DNA from: Flectonema sp. DT1601
Taxonomy: Eukaryota
DNA: 64,000 bases
Assembly (NCBI GenBank): GCA_964019425.1
Contig: OZ025798.1
Coordinates: 124,001-188,000 of the forward strand
Direction: 5' to 3'
The position numbers and the translations under genes were made by a program. Positions within the stretch are counted from its first letter, which is position 1, and each line of letters opens with the position of its first letter. The notes under the pieces are model-generated. The model saw only the letters and a list, made by a program, of their open reading frames with translations. It did not search any database and was not told the origin of the DNA. This document shows, piece by piece, positions 56,838 through 64,000 of the stretch.

Positions 56838-58771
56838 TCAATCTTTGCACCCTCGTCCTTCTACAATACGAGTTCCTCCATCTTTAGCCACCTGTTTTGT
56901 TACAATTTGAAATATTGCTCAAAGTAATGTTTGAATAGAGTAAGAGATGCATACCGTATAGGCTGATGATTTTGTTTTTGGAGTAAACACGAATCCAGGT
57001 TCTCTGGGTCCGAGAAGCATTTCAGATATTCTAACCCAGTCCTGTGTTGTGTTTGATGTTGTTGTTGTTGTTGTTGTGATGAGAATGAGAACCTTATTTT
57101 TCAAACAAGAGAATAACATACATCTGATCTATCCGACCCCATCAGTGTTTCCATGTCGTCACGACCTACAAATGTTGGAGGTCTCTCGTTATGCTTTTGA
57201 GGAAGCGTTTCAAGAAGTCCAACAGGTACATATCTACACAGGAAACTCAGCCACTCGCATAGGAATCTTCGGGGTGGTTGCAATCCCTCTAAGGTCTGCA
57301 CCCCAATGGTCCATTCCAACTCTACAAAACTCTTTTAACATATCAAATCTCTCTGAAGAACTGATGTCCCAATGTCTCTTTTCTTTTACTTCAGTAAAGA
57401 CCCACGGCTTCATTAAAGCTCCACGTCCTGTCATTATTGACGATACGTTTCCTGTTTCAAGTTTGTCGTTGAAGAAAGAATAGTCGAGGAGGTCACCATT
57501 TCCAATTACAGGAACTTTACACTTCTCACTGCAGGAGTAGATGTATTTCCAGTCTGCTAGACGAGAGTAACGTTGGCGTTTGCTACGTCCATGGATTGTG
57601 ATTGCTTCGACACCCCATTCGTGGATTTGATCAACCCAAGTGTGAAGAGTTGGGTTTCGCTCATCGTATCCAATTCGAACTTTTATTGTGACGGGTTTTG
57701 GTTGGTAGTGAAGACCTTTTACGATCCCTTTTAACTTTTCTCTGTTNNNNNNNNNNNNNNNNNNNNNNNNNNNNNNNNNNNNNNNNNNNNNNNNNNNNNN
57801 NNNNNNNNNNNNNNNNNNNNNNNNNNNNNNNNNNNNNNNNNNNNNNNNNNNNNNNNNNNNNNNNNNNNNNNNNNNNNNNNNNNNNNNNNNNNNNNNNNNN
57901 NNNNNNNNNNNNNNNNNNNNNNNNNNNNNNNNNNNNNNNNNNNNNNTCTTCTGAATGGTAAGTTTCCAACAGTCGTTAAAGGAGAGAGGTATAATTTATT
58001 CTTCCAGTCGAGGTGTTTCTTTTCTTTTGGATCACACCATTTCCCAACAGTTTCCGCAGCCTCATCAGCACGCCACGTTGCTGATATCAAGTTTCTCCAT
58101 TTTTTTGGGAAACCGGATTTCATGAAGTTTACTTCACCTTCCCAAGTTGGTCTGCATCCAGTTGATCTGATTCTTGTGGTCATGCGAGCCTTTCCTTTAT
58201 TCATACCTCTGGCACCCTTTTGTCTTTTAGAGACGGGGGCTTCTTCTCCTGGTCTCTTTTCTCTAACTTCAGTATCACGGAAAGCGTGTCCAGATATGCA
58301 CCGACCTCCGTACTGACATGGAGTCATCCCGTCGTCTTTGTGACTAAACTTGCACGCTTCTCCAAATGTGCATTCTTTTTTACTCTCCTGACCCTGAGCG
58401 AATAAGCAGCACATTCTTCTCTCAGGTGGTGGTATGCCAAGTTCTTCCTTCTTCTTTCGGAGTTGTGATCGTTTTTCTTCGACTTCTGCTCTTTCCTTTT
58501 CTCTCTCTTCTTCTGCTTTTTGTTCTTCCTCTTCTCTCGCTTTGTCGCTATCAATAATCGCCTGTCGTTCTTTTATTAATTCATCAGATATGACTGGTCG
58601 ATGGACTTTTGATAATCTCTCAACACACTTTTCGATCAACTCTGGCCATTCTCCTCTGCTAACGTATTCTTCTTTTATATGACACATGCCTCTGTTGTTA
58701 TTATTGTTTTGCTTAGCTTTTGACCCCTCATTTTCAGTTGTGGTCTTTACCTCAGGCGTTGGTTCTGCCAT
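56838..58771 (-). CDS. DUS3L: tRNA-dihydrouridine(47) synthase DUS3-like (spans assembly gap; spliced; apparent frameshift near 57272)
   Basis: CCCH zinc fingers, LSPLTTVGNLPFRR, ITIHGRSKRQRYSRLADW, GRGALMKPWVFTE and HWGAD...RRFLCEWLSFLCRYVPVGLLE. Confidence 0.88.
57747..57946. other. Assembly gap (200 N)
   Basis: Run of n characters inside DUS3. Confidence 0.99.
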
Positions 58772-59656
58772 TTCCTTTATTTTTTCTTTTTTTGTGATAC
58801 TGTTTTTCGAGATAAAGTTGTTTTGTTTTTGTTTTATCAGACTTCCCAGAATGAGATCGTCCTTCCCTCTTAAGGATTGGGGAGTTCATTCTAGTTTTTT
58901 TTGATAAATGGGATTTCTCAACGTTGTTTTGAAGAATTAAGTTCATCTCAGCACCAGATTATATTAGAAAGGAATGTTATGAAATGATCTGTAGTAATGA
59001 AATACAATAATAAAATTAAATCTAATAATATCATAAAATAATCATAGTAATGAACTTCGATCGTTCTAATTTATTAATCTTTTTTTTTTTTTTTTTTTTG
59101 TACTGTCTCTTGTTTTTCCCCGCTATGTAGATCGAGTCGGTCAGGAAGATATTTACTTGGCAAACTGTTCTTTGTGGTGCGTTAGAGAGCACGTGTTCTT
59201 ATCTTATTCCTTTTCTTTTCTTCTTAAGAATTTTACTTTTTTTTTCATTTTTTTTTTCTTTTCCTTTCCAAAAAATGCAAAAAACCGTACGAAAACATAT
59301 CACTTGCGCCACAAGTAAACTCCTAAGGGTTACTTTCGGCTGCAAAGATTCGCTGATACGCAGCGTGTGTTTCAAAAATAAAGTTTTTGTATGCATCATG
59401 AATTAGAAACAAACTTATTTTTACACCGGAGAGAACTTCGCAATAAAAATAAAAAATACTAGAATATCATCATGAGCACAGTCTGTATGGATTACTGCAT
59501 ATCAGTCGTGTTTTTCATATTATTTTTTTTCATTCGAAACTCCGGTGTAAAGGAGAAGGGTAATGGCTCACCAGTTTTAATTATACGTTTGGTATTAATT
59601 CCAATTAAGGATACTTTTATCAAATAAGATGAGTTAGTTTATTAAACATTAGAACC

Positions 59657-60904
59657 TTACAAAGCGTCGAGAGACTTCTTCAGAGCTCTGATAAGGTCAT
59701 CAGCGTCTTCAATACCGCAGGATACACGGATGAATCCATCAGTGATTCCAACCTTCTCTCTGTCTTCCTTCAACATGTTTGCGTGCGTGAACACAGCAGG
59801 GCAGGTGATGATCGACTCAGTCGCTCCGAGGTTCTCACACAAAGCCCACGGACGCTGGCAGGTGTTCATAATCTTGGTACCAGCCTCAACTCCTCCCTTC
59901 ACTTCGAACCACAACATTCCTCCGTGGATACCATTAGAGTGTTGTCTGTCAGCCAACTCCTTCTGAGGGAAGCTCTTTAGTCCAGGGTACATAACCTTGT
60001 CAACCTTCTCGTGAGTCTCAAGGAACTCGGCAACCAACTGTGCGTTCTCAGATTGCTTGAGCACACGGAGCTTCATCGTCTTCACAGCCTGCAACTGAAG
60101 GAATCCAGTCCAAGGTGCCATACCATTTCCATGGATGTTCTGAATCAATCCAATCTGATCTCCCAACGCCTGGTCCTTCCAAACAACACATCCTCCGACA
60201 GTCATGTTGTGTCCGTCAATGTACTTCGTGGTACTCGAAACTACTAAGTCCGCTCCCAACTCCAGAGGTCTCATGATGACTGGAGTAGCGAACGTACTGT
60301 CTACAGCGTGAAGCAAGTTGTGCTTCTTCGCAATCTCAGACACAGCCTTGACGTCCGTCAGGGTGAGCACCGGGTTGGCTGGAGACTCCGAGAAGATCAA
60401 CTTCGTGTTAGGCTGGATTGCCTTCTCAAGAGTGTCGAGGTTGGTGAAGTCGCAGAAAGTGAAGTCGATTCCGAACCTCTCCTTGAAGAGGACACGAGAT
60501 GCTCTGTTGGTTCCTCCGTATGAACACTCGGTGATCACAACGTGATCTCCTGTCTTCAGGGTCGCCGTCATCGCTGTCACGGTGGCTGCCATTCCAGTGT
60601 TGAAAAGGTGGCATCCCTTTCCTCCCTCGAGGGCTGCGATCTTCGTTCCGAGCGCATCGACGGTCGGGTTCTTCGTGCGAGAGTATGAGTACCCCTTTGA
60701 TAAGTAATCTTCAACAGATGGCTGAACGAAAGTAGTCGATTGGTACACTGGACACAGAACTGCTCCAGTCTTGTCATCTGGTGTGTTCCCTGAGTGAACC
60801 ATTACAGTGTCTACTCCGTATGGTCCCTCAACCCAACTTCCAGCCTTACCGCTCGGGGCATTGAAGGTGGCGGTAAGTCCGAGTTCCTCAGCTGACTTCG
60901 ACAT
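59657..60904 (-). CDS. PLP-dependent Cys/Met metabolism enzyme (cystathionine gamma-lyase/synthase family), copy 1
   Basis: PVYQSTTF, YSYSRTKNPT, ESPANP, VDSTFATP, the PLP lysine in STTKYIDGH, ENLGATES and IRVSCGIEDADDL. Confidence 0.93.
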   Translation of the reverse strand: MSKSAEELGLTATFNAPSGKAGSWVEGPYGVDTVMVHSGNTPDDKTGAVLCPVYQSTTFVQPSVEDYLSKGYSYSRTKNPTVDALGTKIAALEGGKGCHLFNTGMAATVTAMTATLKTGDHVVITECSYGGTNRASRVLFKERFGIDFTFCDFTNLDTLEKAIQPNTKLIFSESPANPVLTLTDVKAVSEIAKKHNLLHAVDSTFATPVIMRPLELGADLVVSSTTKYIDGHNMTVGGCVVWKDQALGDQIGLIQNIHGNGMAPWTGFLQLQAVKTMKLRVLKQSENAQLVAEFLETHEKVDKVMYPGLKSFPQKELADRQHSNGIHGGMLWFEVKGGVEAGTKIMNTCQRPWALCENLGATESIITCPAVFTHANMLKEDREKVGITDGFIRVSCGIEDADDLIRALKKSLDAL

Positions 60905-61153
60905 GTTGTTGTGTTGGTGAAGTTAACTGAAAGGAAGAGTTAATAATCTCAACTACTCGACATGCAAACAAAACAAACAAATAGAACACAAGCTAACCAA
61001 TCACAAACATGTTGTGTCTGCAAGAAATGAAGAAGATGTAATTATTATATTCACAAGGCACATCAAATAGTCTGCCGTCAATGTAAATTGAAGGAAGTGG
61101 AGTCTAATAGATTAGCTGTTGTGTAAATAGAAAAGAGAATTGCATAACGTCAA

Positions 61154-62296
61154 TTATTTTTTAGGTTTTAACTTCTCTCTTACCTTGACAGTGACAGTTA
61201 CTATATTAGGTTCTGATTGTTTGTCACTACAGGCGAAGATGATTCGGCGATTCTCTTGCGGCATTGATTCAGTTTCTGTACAAAACCCAACAGCTCTCAC
61301 AAGATTCTGAACAGGTTGTCGAGTAGCTTTTGATGCCCAAGTGAAATCGAGTCTCATTGATGTCTGTGTCACAGTTATTTTTCCAATATATTTTGATCCT
61401 TCAAACAGAATACCTTCTCTAATAGCCAAACCAAGTTTTGACAATGATAAGACCAGGCTATCAGTCTCAGTAGGATCTAATAATATAGCTTCCAGGTAAC
61501 CTTTTGTTATTGGAGTCTTCTCTGATATTAGAATGCTTACTTTACTACCAACTGATACTTCATTTCCTGGAAACGTTAAGACGTCGGATACGAATCCAGG
61601 TGAGTATAAAATAGGACCCATGACGTCAATGTGAATAACTATCTTACCTGGAGTTGAATTCTCAGGATCACAAATCGATAGTCTGTATGCTCTCATTCCT
61701 TCTCTTGTCTTTTCAGAATCAATATTTGTATAAGTTAAACAATTCAACATGTATGCTGCAAACCAAAGTGGGACAAGATACTCTCCTTCTGTTTCACTCT
61801 TCGCAAAGTTAATTCTCATATCTTGGCATCCGTTGTTTTTTGATTTTATAAATATCATTGTCCCAATTATGGTTCCTTTTTCTTGATGTCTTATTTTCTT
61901 AATTCCGTCTTCCTCGATAAGTTCAAGTATGGGTCGTTTTGCTACAATTGTTTTGGGTACTTCATCCCAATCACTTTGTGGTTGTTCCAACAAGTATTGT
62001 CTTTCTTGTTGATCAGGAGTTAGGAATCCAATGGTGTCACCTTTACCACTTCCTGCTACCAATTCCACTGTCATGTATCCACCATCAAAACTCTCAGTGT
62101 CTGGATCATGAAGCCATGCTGTTCCTAAAGCAGCAAGTCTGAAAGCACCAATAGCCTGATGCCCAACAGTACCTTGTCTGAATGATAGTCTCTCCTGTTG
62201 TAGACAAAATTCAGTCACATCATCAACAGGTTGCAGTTGAACTTCAACAAGACATTGAGTTGCAGTAGTGTTCTTTCCAGCAAGTGTAAGGCGAAC
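61154..62296 (-). pseudogene. 3' exon of a large repeat-domain protein lacking an intact 5' part (broken exon remnants up to ~62840)
   Basis: An A/C-rich acceptor (aaaacacacag) at 62297 opens VRLTLAGKNTTATQCLVEVQLQPVDDVTEF...DPDTESFDGGYMTVEL...KLKPKK*. Upstream there are only short, stop-interrupted coding-like pieces before the next gene. Confidence 0.5.
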
Positions 62297-63364
62297 CTGT
62301 GTGTTTTTTTGTTGTTAAAAAATTTGCAAAGAAACAAAAAATTCCCCCCTTCCCTCCCCAAAAAGAAATCCCAAAACAAAAAAATTAACCCAAGCCATCT
62401 ACAAAATACTATTAAATAATATACTGCGAAGGAAATTAATGTAAAACTTGAAATCACCACATCACTCAAGAAAAAAAACTCAATAAATATTTCCAATATA
62501 GGCACTGTAGTCGAATGGACGGATTTGGTTTTGCGTTCTTCTTTAAACAATACCTTTTTTTTATTTATTTATTTTATTCTTGTTTGTTATGTTAGTCTTA
62601 AGAGAGATTGCGTTCTTCAAACTGCTCTAATCAAACGAACGAAGGGAGTGAAGCTCCTTCAACGGAAGGATACGTTTTTTTTTTGTTTTTGTTTTTTTGC
62701 TCAACGAGCACCTTCATAGATTGACACACAGCTGCTTCTCGTAGAATATCAACGTTTTTAGATTGAAAAGACTGAAAGGCTTTAATATCACCCTTTAAAG
62801 TAATTTCATCATGAAGAATAGAGAGTGAAAATTCCACGAAAACAGAACATTATAAAAGAGGGGGGGAAATCGTTTTTTTTTTTTTTTTTTTTTAAAATTT
62901 TTTTTTTATAACGGGGAGAGGAGGAAAGGCTTATAGATTTATCACAGTTTCTGTACCCATCAAAATCAAGTACACTTCAAATGAAACTTTAAAAAAAACT
63001 TCCAGCGCATTACTTAAAAAAAAAACAGAGAGTCAGGCATTCGCAATTCCACTAAAATGGGAAAACAGGAGGGAAAGTTAAATGACACATTTATTGTGTG
63101 CTTTTTTTTTTTTTTCTTATTTATTGTTAGTCAGCTGTAGGCCAACACTACCCGGAGGTTCAACAAAAAAAATGACAAAACATTCACGCGAATTAGGGTA
63201 TTCGGATTTACCTATAACACTCTGGAAAAACGGAAGATTCACAACTCACTTATGGTTAATTGGAACCTCGTTAATAATTACGTGTTGGAGAAGAGAGGAA
63301 TATTAATAAGGCAAGATAACATATAAAACAATAACACATTTCACAAATAACTAAAATTCTCAAT

Positions 63365-64000
63365 TTATAAAGCGTCGAGAGACTTCTTCAGAGCCCTGAT
63401 AAGGTCATCAGCGTCTTCAATACCGCAGGACACACGGATGAATCCATCAGTGATTCCAACCTTCTCTCTGTCTTCCTTCAACATGTTTGCGTGCGTGAAC
63501 ACAGCAGGGCAGGTGATGATCGACTCAGTCGCTCCGAGGTTCTCACACAAAGCCCACGGACGCTGGCAGGTGTTCATAATCTTGGTACCAGCCTCAACTC
63601 CTCCCTTCACTTCGAACCACAACATTCCTCCGTGGATACCATTAGAGTGTTGTCTGTCAGCCAACTCCTTCTGAGGGAAGCTCTTTAGTCCAGGGTACAT
63701 AACCTTGTCAACCTTCTCGTGAGTCTCAAGGAACTCGGCAACCAACTGTGCGTTCTCAGATTGCTTGAGCACACGGAGCTTCATCGTCTTCACAGCCTGC
63801 AACTGAAGGAATCCAGTCCAAGGTGCCATACCATTTCCATGGATGTTCTGAATCAATCCAATCTGATCTCCCAACGCCTGGTCCTTCCAAACAACACATC
63901 CTCCGACAGTCATGTTGTGTCCGTCAATGTACTTCGTGGTACTCGAAACTACTAAGTCCGCTCCCAACTCCAGAGGTCTCATGATGACTGGAGTAGCGAA
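63365..64000 (-). CDS. Cystathionine gamma-lyase-family enzyme, copy 2 (3' part; continues beyond the window)
   Basis: The protein is identical to the copy 1 C-terminus, at offset 3,708 bp, with only a few silent changes. Confidence 0.93.
   Translation of the reverse strand, partial: FATPVIMRPLELGADLVVSSTTKYIDGHNMTVGGCVVWKDQALGDQIGLIQNIHGNGMAPWTGFLQLQAVKTMKLRVLKQSENAQLVAEFLETHEKVDKVMYPGLKSFPQKELADRQHSNGIHGGMLWFEVKGGVEAGTKIMNTCQRPWALCENLGATESIITCPAVFTHANMLKEDREKVGITDGFIRVSCGIEDADDLIRALKKSLDAL

Noticed and set aside
57661..57969. ORFs containing X runs
   Set aside because: Artefacts of the 200-N assembly gap.

Overview
Eukaryotic (protist) nuclear DNA, most consistent with a euglenozoan, probably a diplonemid. 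Every intact host gene over 64 kb lies on the minus strand, as in a polycistronic-type cluster. Genes carry short GT-AG introns, and start codons are preceded by pyrimidine-rich AG sites that resemble trans-splice acceptors. Bases 1-20.4 kb hold a tandem pair (period 15,578 bp) of a GC-rich gene for a ~4,500-aa protein with a signal peptide, repeat modules, a Pro/Thr stalk and a GPI-like tail encoded by a spliced terminal exon. Next come a tandem-ART-domain protein, an OSBP, an EF-hand protein, a small His/Ala-rich ORF, PIG-U and coiled-coil proteins. Two near-identical Mx-like dynamin GTPase paralogs follow, and their differences cluster in the GTPase domain. Between them lies a ~5-kb mosaic. 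It contains a decayed Penelope-like retroelement (YIDD reverse transcriptase, Josephin-like C-terminal domain, degenerate hammerhead), a cathepsin-L-like pseudogene, a secreted-protein pseudogene and nested GC-rich coiled-coil fragments. The right end has WDR55, a CNBD-containing K+ channel, DBP3, a multi-RRM protein, DUS3 (spanning an N gap) and two cystathionine gamma-lyase-family copies flanking an orphan gene fragment. All family assignments come from motif recognition by eye; no database searches were run.
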